Translations under genes and position numbers: made by a program
The notes under the pieces: model-generated
The model's input: only the letters and a program-made list of their open reading frames with translations
What the model was told of the DNA's origin: nothing
Databases searched by the model: none
Origin: Seison nebaliae
Taxonomy: Eukaryota
Reading direction: 5' to 3'
Assembly: GCA_023231475.1 (NCBI GenBank)
Contig: JALJEE010002929.1
Coordinates: 1 to 46,549 of the forward strand
Length of the DNA: 46,549 nt
Part shown: one piece after another, positions 37,301-46,549 of the stretch
Layout: each line of letters opens with the position of its first letter
How positions within the stretch are numbered: the first letter of the stretch is position 1

Positions 37301-40300
37301 AAATTTTAGAAAATGGAAATGTTGTAGTGAAAGGAGAAGTGAAAGTTGGTGAAGAACCGATATTACAAATGAGAGATGTTATCAACAATTGGAAGAAAGA
37401 AGTGAATGAGAAGAATTTACCATTATCAATGAGTGATATTTATAAAGAATTAAATCTTCGAGGATATGAATATTCAGGATTATTCAATGGAATTCATTCC
37501 ATCGATTCGAATGAGAAACATGGAAAATTGATTTGGAATGACAATTGGATCTCTTTCCTTGACACGATGTTACAATTACAAGTCATGTCGATGAGTACGT
37601 CTTTCGGTTTATATTTACCTACTCGAATCCGTTCCGTTCGTATCGATCCCATCATTCACCATCAATTATTGGAGAAGATGATGGATGTAGTTTATTTGAG
37701 TGAAATTAATTTGTGTGCAGCGGGTGGAATTGAGATTAGTGGTCTTCATGCAACTTATGCTCCGAAGAGAACATTAAAACAAATTCAACCGATTCAACCG
37801 GAAATTGAAGGAATGATTCATCTTCCATTCTTCGAACATTGTAAATGTGAAATAATCGATAAAGAAATTCTCTCAGCAAACAAAGTGGACGGTTTCAATT
37901 TGAATGAGAATGCATCGAATCAATTTAATTTATTAAAAGAAATGGAATTGAATGAAGAGAAATTTATTCGACAATTTCCTTCAGATAAATTGAATGATGA
38001 GATATCTGTATTCCATCCAACGAACAATCTGATATTCAATTTATTAAATAAATATCTCACTCATATTATGGAATTAATAGTTGATCGACTAGTTTCTGAT
38101 CAGAAATCATTAAAACTTAATTTGATGGAATATGTGGATGGAATGACGACGGATCGAGGAGATATTCTCAAAAATATTTTCCATTTATTAACTAATGAGA
38201 AAGTAGATTTATCAGATAAATCCAATTATTTAAAATTATTTCTTTTTTCAATTATCTCTTGGTTAGAGAAAGAGAATTTGATGGATATTCAATTAAATTA
38301 TACGATCGTTATTCGATCAACAACAAATGATTTTGATCTCATTTCTCAATTCATCAATTCCTTAACTCTACCATCAACAATTCAATTAAATATCATCAAT
38401 TCATCTCTTGAACAGTTAAAGAATGAGAATTTCAACGTTATTCTTTCCAATACGAAAGACAAAGATGAACGTAGAAAATTGTGCGATTTGTTATCGGATA
38501 AAACTTATTTAATTCTCTGGAATGACAATGAAATCGATATCGAACAACGACGAAGAAGTTCTCGCTTAAATAAAACCATTTCTCCCACATCCATATCTCC
38601 AATACCAACTGAATCAATTTTATATCGTTGTAAAGATAATGTATGTTGGAAATTGAATGAGAGTTTGATAGAAGTGATGAATTATGGTGATATTCTCTCT
38701 AATCTTCATATTTATCAAATGATAAATGAACGGAAAATTGAAACAATTCTTCTCAATGATCTGACACCATCAATGGTAATTATTGAAAGAATTAAAGAAT
38801 TAGTTCAATCCAAAGAATGTGATCGAATCTGGTTATTGTCAACGAATGATGATTCGGGTGTGATTGGTATGGTGAATTGTTTGAGAAAAGAATATTCATT
38901 AAGTGAAAAGTTTAATAGTAGTTCGCTTCAATCGGATGATAATTATGATAAAATTCGTTGTGCTATGTATACGGAAGAGAAGAAATTGATAGGAGAAGAT
39001 CTCACTAAATTGTTTTTGATGGATTTCCCAATTAATAAGTCGAACAAAGGAGTTTGGGGCAGTTATCGTTATATTCCATTCAAATGGTTGGATGAAATAA
39101 ATGATAATTATAAATCAGATTATGCATACGTCAATACTATTCAACGTGGTGATTTATCATCATTGAAATGGATCGAAGCACCAAAACCATCAACAAATAA
39201 AATTAATGATCTCAAAATGGATGTGGATTTGGATGAGAAATTGATGAATGTCAATGTTCATTATTCCGCACTTAATTTTCGTGATATTATGTTGGCCAGT
39301 GGCAAATTGGCACCTGACGCCATTCCCAATTTCCTCAAATATGGTGACTGTTTATTAGGAATGGAATTTTCGGGAGTAACTGAATGTGGTGAAAGAATCA
39401 TGGGATTGGTACCAGCGAAAGCATTAGCCACCAAATTGCAAGTACCTCAACATACATATTGGACAATTCCTGATAAATGGTCTTTAGCTGAAGCGTGTAC
39501 CATTCCTGTGGCATTTACGACAGCCTATTATGCATTAATTGTACGTGGACGTTTATCGAAAAATGAAAAGATTTTGATTCATTCAGGTTCTGGTGGTGTG
39601 GGACAATGTGCTATAGCAATCGCATTATCTATTGATGCTGAAGTGTTCACGACTTGTGGAAATGGAGAAAAGAAGAAATATTTATTAGATCGTTTCTCAA
39701 AATTTGGTTTAAAAGAAGATCATATTACAAATTCTCGTGATTCCGTCGAATTCGAGAGTCATATAATGAAATTGACAAATGGAAGTGGTGTAGATGTTGT
39801 ATTGAATTCGTTGGCTGGTGAGAAATTGTTCGCTTCCGTTCGACTATTAGGAATGCATGGAAGATTTTTGGAAATTGGAAAATTTGATTTGAGTCAAAAT
39901 TCTTCATTAGGAATGTCGATCTTCTTGAAGAATATCACATTTCATGGAATTTTATTAGATTCTTTATTTAATGACCAAAATAATTTAGAATGGAAATTGA
40001 TCTGTCAATTATTGAATGATGGAATCAATTCAGGTGTCGTCCAACCATTAAATTTCACAGAATTCCCACATGATCAAATAGAGAATGCTTTCCGTTATAT
40101 GGCAAAGGGAAAACATATCGGTAAAGTTCTTATAAGAATTCGAACGGATGATGGTCGAAAACGTAAATCCTTAAACGATTCTTCAATTGATCAGAACGGT
40201 GTTGAATCGCCCATCAATAAGAACGAAATGAAAAAACGGAAATATTCCACTACGAAGAATATGATTTCTGTTATATCGAAGACATGGTTCTCATCTCAAC

Positions 40301-42408
40301 ATTTATTCATTATTACTGGAGGTTTAGGTGGTTTCGGTCTGGAAATGTTACAATGGATGACAGAGAGAGGAGGACGATATTTTGTGTTGACATCTCGTTC
40401 CGGAATCAAGAATGGTTATCAGTTGAGGAAAATCAATAAATTGATGAACGTTTATAATTGTCAAATTGAAGTGGAAGCGAATGATTTATTGACGGAGGAG
40501 AAACTCGATAACTTTATGGAGAAGATACGGAGAAAATTTCCATCGATCAAAATTGGTGGTTTCTTCCATTTGGCCATGGTATTAGATGATGCTTTATTCG
40601 AGAATTTGGATGAAAAAAAATTCGAGAAAGTTATCAATGTGAAAGGGAGATCATTGGAATATATTGATCGAGCATTCACTAAAAATAATGATTTGACGAA
40701 TGAATTATTATATTTCATCATTTTCTCAAGTATCAGTTGTGGTCGAGGAAATGCTGGACAAAGTAATTATGGTATGGCTAATTCGTCGATGGAACGTATT
40801 TGTGAGAGACGAAAGAATATGAATCTTCCAGCAATGGCTATTCAATGGGGAGCGATTGGTGATGTTGGTGTTGTTATTCGATCAAGATCAGAAGCGACAA
40901 ATTCTCTACAAGTCCAAGTAGAGAATATTAATATTGGTGGAACGGCCACTCAACGATTGATGAGTTGTTTGAATACTTTAGATTATTTTTTATGTTGTGC
41001 TCGTGAACAATTGAGAGATCGGTCGATTCCTGTCGTCGTTTCCAGTTATGTTTCGGCGAAAAAAATGAAAGATTATTATTTGGAATTAAATGGAGGAAAT
41101 GAAATGAATGGAGATGAATCCGTTTCCATCGTGATGAATGTAGCGAGAATATTGGGAATTGATGATATTGATTCGATACCAGATGATCGTACAATGAATG
41201 ATATCGGTTTGGATTCATTGATGAGTGTGGAAATTAAACAGATGTTGGAACGAATTACGAAGAAAACGTTTACAAATAAACAATTACAGAATATGCAATG
41301 GATCGAATTGAAAAATATGAATGCACAAAATGATGATATAAATAATTCAAAAGATTCACCTGTCAAAACATCATCATCGACGAAATTGTTGAAAATGAAT
41401 GAACAAATTGAAAGCGAATTTCTCTTACCAACACATCGTCTTTATCCATTCAATGAAATTGACATGAAAGAAAATGAGAAGAATAATATCAATGAAGTTG
41501 TGAAAGGATTAATTATCGTTTTACATCCGATTGAAGGCTCCATCAAAATGATAACGAATTTCTGTAACAGTTTAACGAAAGAATTGAAAAATAATTATTT
41601 TATTTACGGTATTAATTGTGATCAAGAAGCGATCGATAATATGAAAACGGTGGAGACATTAGCCCAACAATATCATGAGACAATCATCAATCGATGGAAT
41701 CTCCTCCATAAATCATCAACCACCTCCAAATTACCAATAAAAGTTATCGGTTATTCTTTCGGCGCTTGTATCGCTGTCGAATTAGCATTGCAATTTGATG
41801 AACGTTATCAACATCATAATGAGATTGATATGGATATTATTCTCATTGATGGTTCTCATTCATTCGTTTCCGTTTATACGGAAGCATATCGATCAGCCGC
41901 CAAAAATGAAGAGTCTTATACTGATACAATGGCATTAGTCGCATATTCTAATCAATTACTTCAAATTCTTTTGCCATTCAAATTCCAAAATGATTTGAGA
42001 ACGAAATGTTCGAATTTGGATGAACGGATCAATTTGTGCATCGATTATTGGCTGAAGGAGAAGAAGTTCGTAAATAATTCACCAGTTGGCGATATGAAAA
42101 TGGAATCGATTTTGAGGAAATCATTTCATGCTTTCTTCAAACGCCTCCTCATTTCCGAACATTATAAACCGATGAATTTTTTCAATGATGATCGACAAAT
42201 TCTACTTATCAAATCATCGACGATGTTAGATGGGAAGACGAGCAACGATCTTGATACATCTTATGCATTGAGTGAATTATATAAGAAGAATAAGAACCAG
42301 ATTGAAATCCATACTATTAATGATTCGAATCATGAATCTCTCATGAACGAGAAGATGAAAATTGGGGAACTTATAAATTATATCGTCAATTTCATCAAAT
42401 CTAATTAG
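34315..42408 (+). CDS. FASN: Animal type I fatty acid synthase (KS-MAT-DH-pseudoMT/pseudoKR-ER-KR-ACP-TE), single exon
   Basis: KS 'DTACSSS', 'HGTGT', 'GHPEPASG'; MAT 'GHSVGE', 'AFHS'; DH 'GHRIDGRILFPATGY', 'FLDTMLQ'; ER 'LIHSGSGGVG'; KR 'ITGGLGGFG', 'GQSNYG'; ACP 'GLDSLMSVEI'; TE 'GYSFG', 'DGSH'. Confidence 0.95.
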   Translation: MSNGDVLSSSSNLYHTTSLRKDNDLLDDIVISGFSGRYPECNSVDEFGEALFAHKDLITEDDRRWPVGYHGLPRRHGKLKDIQYFDASFFNVHPKQADNMDPQLRLLLEVVYETIVDAGIDPEKLKGSRTGVYVGASTSDAAQAFAKDPEKLSKYGMTGCAHCMFANRVSFFFDFNGPSYMIDTACSSSMMAVDQAMMALRTGICDSAIVAGVSLTFKAQSSIQFNGLNMLSEYGACRAYDESGVGYVRSETISAMLLQKKRDSIRYYATIIHSKSNADGAKENGITFPSGSMQQKLLKEVYEESEIPPENIEYVETHGTGTKAGDPQELGAIANIFCNEKRNGGLLIGSTKSNMGHPEPASGVAALSKVLIAIQRKELPANLHYQNPNKDIPSLLNGKLVPIVENKKWEGGLCALNSFGFGGANAHVLMKGNYNNEEIWNSNELGIRLIGFASRTSDNCKEALTRIIKNVKDEKFKKYQRQLEYLICETCQQSLSLQPFRSFALMKNDDVVYRSVSKAKNLKRPIWFVFSGMGTQYSGMGKSMLKIKVFADTISRCATALNIVDIDLYELINNSNEKTFDDIIHSFVTIAAIQVALTDTLCALGIRPDGIIGHSVGELGCAYSDNCFTPEETVLCAYWRGRCIKDANLPEGGMAAVGMTWEECKIQCPNGVVPACHNAAQTVTISGPKKMISEYVEELKKKNVFAKEVLSSGIAFHSYYMTDIAPKLREATENIVKSPYKKRSEKWISTSINSDKWKSELASSASPAYMANNLCSPVLFQEGLKFIPENALVIEIAPHSLLQAVLKRSLDKSVVCFGLMRRDKEDNELYFYEQIGNIYSQGININFNVLQKTQVQLPLDARTPNIASLVGWEHMREWKVPHYTDFLTGISNDEDNSFNKKLSFNYNINLEEDKWKFVSGHRIDGRILFPATGYLCLVWDAVSRYNGYESTDKCPIQFDEISILRATVLTDSSITSTVVDDVILTVNLLVGENRFEILENGNVVVKGEVKVGEEPILQMRDVINNWKKEVNEKNLPLSMSDIYKELNLRGYEYSGLFNGIHSIDSNEKHGKLIWNDNWISFLDTMLQLQVMSMSTSFGLYLPTRIRSVRIDPIIHHQLLEKMMDVVYLSEINLCAAGGIEISGLHATYAPKRTLKQIQPIQPEIEGMIHLPFFEHCKCEIIDKEILSANKVDGFNLNENASNQFNLLKEMELNEEKFIRQFPSDKLNDEISVFHPTNNLIFNLLNKYLTHIMELIVDRLVSDQKSLKLNLMEYVDGMTTDRGDILKNIFHLLTNEKVDLSDKSNYLKLFLFSIISWLEKENLMDIQLNYTIVIRSTTNDFDLISQFINSLTLPSTIQLNIINSSLEQLKNENFNVILSNTKDKDERRKLCDLLSDKTYLILWNDNEIDIEQRRRSSRLNKTISPTSISPIPTESILYRCKDNVCWKLNESLIEVMNYGDILSNLHIYQMINERKIETILLNDLTPSMVIIERIKELVQSKECDRIWLLSTNDDSGVIGMVNCLRKEYSLSEKFNSSSLQSDDNYDKIRCAMYTEEKKLIGEDLTKLFLMDFPINKSNKGVWGSYRYIPFKWLDEINDNYKSDYAYVNTIQRGDLSSLKWIEAPKPSTNKINDLKMDVDLDEKLMNVNVHYSALNFRDIMLASGKLAPDAIPNFLKYGDCLLGMEFSGVTECGERIMGLVPAKALATKLQVPQHTYWTIPDKWSLAEACTIPVAFTTAYYALIVRGRLSKNEKILIHSGSGGVGQCAIAIALSIDAEVFTTCGNGEKKKYLLDRFSKFGLKEDHITNSRDSVEFESHIMKLTNGSGVDVVLNSLAGEKLFASVRLLGMHGRFLEIGKFDLSQNSSLGMSIFLKNITFHGILLDSLFNDQNNLEWKLICQLLNDGINSGVVQPLNFTEFPHDQIENAFRYMAKGKHIGKVLIRIRTDDGRKRKSLNDSSIDQNGVESPINKNEMKKRKYSTTKNMISVISKTWFSSQHLFIITGGLGGFGLEMLQWMTERGGRYFVLTSRSGIKNGYQLRKINKLMNVYNCQIEVEANDLLTEEKLDNFMEKIRRKFPSIKIGGFFHLAMVLDDALFENLDEKKFEKVINVKGRSLEYIDRAFTKNNDLTNELLYFIIFSSISCGRGNAGQSNYGMANSSMERICERRKNMNLPAMAIQWGAIGDVGVVIRSRSEATNSLQVQVENINIGGTATQRLMSCLNTLDYFLCCAREQLRDRSIPVVVSSYVSAKKMKDYYLELNGGNEMNGDESVSIVMNVARILGIDDIDSIPDDRTMNDIGLDSLMSVEIKQMLERITKKTFTNKQLQNMQWIELKNMNAQNDDINNSKDSPVKTSSSTKLLKMNEQIESEFLLPTHRLYPFNEIDMKENEKNNINEVVKGLIIVLHPIEGSIKMITNFCNSLTKELKNNYFIYGINCDQEAIDNMKTVETLAQQYHETIINRWNLLHKSSTTSKLPIKVIGYSFGACIAVELALQFDERYQHHNEIDMDIILIDGSHSFVSVYTEAYRSAAKNEESYTDTMALVAYSNQLLQILLPFKFQNDLRTKCSNLDERINLCIDYWLKEKKFVNNSPVGDMKMESILRKSFHAFFKRLLISEHYKPMNFFNDDRQILLIKSSTMLDGKTSNDLDTSYALSELYKKNKNQIEIHTINDSNHESLMNEKMKIGELINYIVNFIKSN

Positions 42409-42710
42409 ACAATCAAAAGAAGAATAAACTTCATTCGTTTTCTAAATAATTCACTTGAATTATTCTCTCTAAATTTTCGTTCGTCTATTTCTAAATGATT
42501 TCCTATATATCCCATTAGTTTCTCGTTGAATAGGATTAATAGAACATTGAATAGATAGTAAGTATCTATTGTCTTTCAACAATTTTCTAATTTTGAAAGA
42601 GATTTTCTATCATTGGGAAAACAAGATCTGTTCTCGACAATTAGCATTTATTAAATTAAATTATCATTCTCTTTATTTTCATTAATTATTTCGGAAGTAA
42701 AATATTTGTT

Positions 42711-45700
42711 TTAGATACTTTTAGTTGTTTCTGGAAGAATTTGAAATAATTCCAAATCAATCGATAAAGTACCACTCTCACTACAATTCTTTTCTATACA
42801 TAAAAATTAGATTAAAAGAAGAAAATTGAAATTTAATTTAACCTATCTCATTCTCTAAAACCACTTCAGTCATTGGATGTAAAATAAAAGTTTGACTACT
42901 TCTTTCCTCATCTTCCCAATCTTCATCGTCAGGAACGATGGAGTCTGATCTATTATTATTATTATTGCTGTTGGAAAGCAAATAATTCATTTGTGGCATA
43001 TTCTATTCAATTGAAAATTATTAAAAATTTGAATAATTTTCCAACTTTTTCAATGCCACTTTCTGTTGGTTTTGATATAGATATTTTTAGCAGATCTTCT
43101 TTGTAAAGACTATTCTCTTTCAAATCTTCAATAAATGATGATTCTTCATTGTTTCCTGAGAGAGATAAATCCTTCACAATATTATTCTGGAAAATATGTC
43201 GATCGGTTTCTAATATGACTGGTGAAATTTTCGATAATGATGATTGTTTGGAATCGATCTTTTTCTCTGATTCCGGATTAACATTCTGATAAGTTGTCTT
43301 GTTCTTTAAACTCTGATTTTCATTCACATTCTTTTTTTCCATTTTTTCATCCTTACCTACTGTATGATTCTCTTTCACCATTTTAGCTAATAACTTTTTT
43401 CGTGAATTTTTCTTTTTTTCACTTTCTTTAGTTGATGAATTAGATAAGTCGATTATTTGATTAATATTTTCATGAATTTTATTTTGGTTCTCCTTTGTAG
43501 TTGACGATGTCTTCTCAGTTTTTCCACTGTCCTCATGATATGTTTGTTTATCTTTCAGTGTTTTTGATGTTGCTCTACTTGATCTGATGTTGGAGATTGA
43601 AGAAGATTTTATTGATATTTTCTTATTGATAATTCTCCTTTGTAATACATCCGGTGGGCATCTTTTTCCAACATTAATCTTCTCAACTGATTTATCCATC
43701 GCTTCTCTATCTAATGATTCCTTTCTTTTATTGTGCAAGGACGTTCTCTGTAAACGATTAATTCTTCTATGATCCATAAACTGATTGCTTGATAATTGAC
43801 GGGATTTATGTTTCATATTTTTCGGAGGTTGCAAATAATTTACACTTTCACTCCCAGTTAGTAATTTGTTAAGATAACGTTCCTGACCGTGATTTGATGA
43901 TGATCCTTGAGAACACCGAAGGATAAAAGTGATTGTATCAAGTACTTCTTTATTAATTTTAGAAAGATTTTGTGCTCGTCTCATCGTCGGTTCTAACTTT
44001 CTCCTATCCATTCTTTTAAACTTTTCTTTCTTTACAAAATATTCAGGAATTGAGTTCGATTGATTCTTATTATCTAATGCTTTCTTCACGGCCGCCCAAC
44101 CATTACCTGACCGAGATCTACTACGATGTTTTCTCCGATAATTATTTAATTCTTTCATTTTTTTTGGTTGTTCTACTCGATTACCATTATTCTTCATATC
44201 AAGTGACTGAGTTCTCACAGGAACATTATTATTCTTGGATTTATGAGCAACCGGGAAATTGAGATTAAGAATTCGATTATTCCATTGTCGAAGTCTTGTC
44301 AAGTTGTCAGTTACCATATCTTGATATAAATTTAAATGATTTAACGATTCATCTTCATAATATGAAGTATTCAAATTCTCCAATTTCGAAGTGTCGATAA
44401 TAATCGGAAGTCCTTCATGAGGATATGATTTTAATGTTTGGAAAGTCGCTGTCTCCGCAATGTCAAGTCCTGTTCCTTTGTTGATGTTATTTAGTTTAAT
44501 ATCATTTCTCTTCTTTAAATGGACATTCCGATTGCGTAATTTCTGACATTCACTTTTTATATTCTGTTTAGCTATAATTTTTTCCTGAAGATTTATTATT
44601 TGATTTTTCAATTCTTCTACAGTCGTTGACAATTCCGTAATTTTGTCCTTCAATTCTTTATTACCTTTTTCTAATACGTCAATTTTCTTCATTTCTATTT
44701 CATCACTCAACGTTTGTTCGGATCGATTTCTCTTGTCCCATTCATTTAATCTATTAATTGTTTGTTCAATCATAGCACAATCTTTCTTAGCAGCTTCATC
44801 AATTCTAACCATTTGTTGTAAACAATTCATTTGAGTTGATAAAGTGAATTTTGAAAATTCTTTGTTTTCTGAAATCAATTTCGGTTGAGGAGGTATCGGT
44901 GGTTTCTGGATCAATTTTTTTAGTTTACTTCCTATTCCTTTACAGACAACCGGTTTTTCCACTTTATTAATCTCTATTTCATTAATGTCGACTTTTTCTA
45001 TTGTTGATGACTGTTTATTAGACATTGGTGGTAATTTCACTAATTGTTGAAATGTCATATGTTTTATATCGTCGTTAGTTTTGTTGACTTCCACCTTACC
45101 AAAATCAAAAGGCATTTCTTGAGTATTCACCTTCTTGAATTCACACCATTCTATGGGCATTTCAATTGACTTCCTTTTTGAAGTAGTGGTAAGTGTATTT
45201 TCTATTATCGTTGCATCTTCTCGACCAGTGTCTAAACGAAAACTTTCAGATCCTCCCCCTGTATTATCGAACTTCTCTTCTCGATTTTTTCCAGTCACGA
45301 GTTCATTTAATGATTTTTCATATTCTTTATCTATCGCCATTAAACAATTGTCTTTCACTTCCGATGAAATTGGAGGAGAAGAACCGAATTGTGGTTTTTC
45401 AACTTCATCAAAAATCGGATCTGTTTGTTTTTTAGGTTTCTTTTTTTTAGGTACCTTTTTGTGATTTATTTTTCCATAAGTTTTTTTAGTTTGGTTTCTC
45501 CTAACATTATTTCCTTTCACTTTCGCATTTATGTTGTTCCTAGCATCTTTCTTTTTCTGCTTTTCTTCTTGTCGACGTGTTTTCCTTTCTTGTTTAATCA
45601 GCTTTTTGTTTTTCTTCTTTAGAAACGTTTTAATAAATTGCTGAAACGCTACTTTCTCTGTTGATGAAGCGCTACTACTAGTTTTATCTTCACTACTATC

Positions 45701-46054
45701 ATCATTTTTCGGGGAATCTTTCGAACTCGAATGTTGTAATAATCGTTGAAAGAAAGTTACTTTATTTGGATCTAAGTTGTCTTCTGTATTGATATTCTCC
45801 GTATTTTCGTTATCACCCGATCCATTCTCTGTTTTCGTAAATGGGTATAGGGATCCAATGAATGATGATCGTTTCGTTTTCCCAGTGTTTGTATTGGAAC
45901 TCTCTGACTGTCCGTCACTTGGAGTACTTGTTGAAGAAATTGAAGTTGTCGATGTTTGTACTGAAGATGATGAGGTTGTTGTTAATGAAGAGGTTGATGG
46001 TGATGACTCCGAACTCTTTTCTCTTAAACTTTTCTTCTTCCGACTGAATGGCAT
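42711..46054 (-). CDS. Large uncharacterised Ser/Lys-rich protein with central coiled coil (one 3-kb exon plus two small 3' exons)
   Basis: 1015-aa ORF, heptad region 'IDVLEKGNKELKDKITELSTTVEELKNQIINLQEKI'. Extends through GTTGGA and GTTAAA introns to TAA at 42711-42713. No recognisable domain. Confidence 0.7.
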
Positions 46055-46408
46055 GTTCGATTATAACGAATTATAACATAATCTTCCTTTCGAATTATTG
46101 TCAAGAAATTTAGTATTATAAGATATTCAATCAAGTTCGATAGATAATCAAATTAATGTAAGTACGAAATTAAATTAGTTGAAAAAATTATGAAATGAAA
46201 TGAAAATAAAATGTTTCTTGTTTTCCAATTTCATACGTCCTCAATTTCATAACTTTCATTTTCAGTTTGGTTCATTTTAAATAATTTTATTGAATTAATG
46301 AAATGTAAAACAAAGAGAGAAACGAGGGAAATAATGATCATGTTTATAAAATATCGATAAATGAATATAATGCTTTATGGAGACTTATGGGAAAATTGAG
46401 AAAAATTC

Positions 46409-46415
46409 AAAAAAA
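46409..46415 (-). terminator. RNA polymerase III oligo-T terminator of the 5S gene
   Basis: Run of 7 T on the minus strand at the 5S 3' end. Confidence 0.8.
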
Positions 46416-46533
46416 GTCTACAACACTTGGTATTCCCAGGCGGTCACCCATCCAAGTACTAACCAAGCCCGACGCTGCTTAACTTCGGTGATCGGACGAG
46501 AACCGGTGCTTTCAACGTGGTATGGTCGTAGAC
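46415..46533 (-). rRNA. 5S ribosomal RNA
   Basis: Reverse complement reads GTCTACGACCATACCACGTTGAAAGCACCGGTTCTCGTCCGATCACCGAAGTTAAGC...GTTAGTACTTGGATGGGTGACCGCCTGGGAATACC...GTTGTAGACT: canonical metazoan 5S with paired ends and internal A/C boxes. Confidence 0.98.
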
Positions 46534-46549
46534 ATAAAGGACACAGAAA

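Noticed and set aside
17451..42408. LanC-like gene plus FAS/PKS-like gene as a biosynthetic cluster
   Set aside because: Both are ordinary animal genes (LANCL, FASN) about 15 kb apart, separated by housekeeping genes. No precursor peptide, dehydratase or tailoring enzymes seen.
35009..46076. Numerous short antisense or out-of-frame ORFs inside FASN and the large orphan gene
   Set aside because: Expected shadow ORFs with no independent motifs.
1..46549. Alternative genetic code or frameshifting to explain fragmented ORFs
   Set aside because: Breaks resolve as short GT-AG introns, and FASN reads 2697 codons with conserved motifs under the standard code.

Overview
AT-rich (roughly 30% GC by eye), very gene-dense metazoan nuclear DNA with tiny spliceosomal introns (mostly about 40-80 nt), so the ORF track fragments most genes. 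Hand-splicing gives about 15 protein genes: a divergent TRPM-like channel, MCFD2, a degenerate Cys-loop (nAChR-like) subunit, a myosin essential light chain, a probably non-inhibitory serpin, an acidic/Ser-Thr-rich membrane protein, an FKBP-like/TPR protein, a LanC-like protein, RBM12, an SS18-like protein, two tandem paralogous HEAT-repeat proteins, NOC3L, an intronless type I fatty acid synthase and a large Lys/Ser-rich protein. There is also a decayed transposon island (hAT transposase fragment plus non-LTR ORF1/endonuclease remnant, capped by a long hairpin) and a 5S rRNA gene at the right edge. The most striking signal is window-wide: nearly every intron I could trace begins GTT (U at +3) rather than the usual GTR(AG), which suggests a lineage-specific 5' splice-site rule. 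Gene models are manual and unconfirmed by transcripts, and the organism cannot be identified from the sequence alone.
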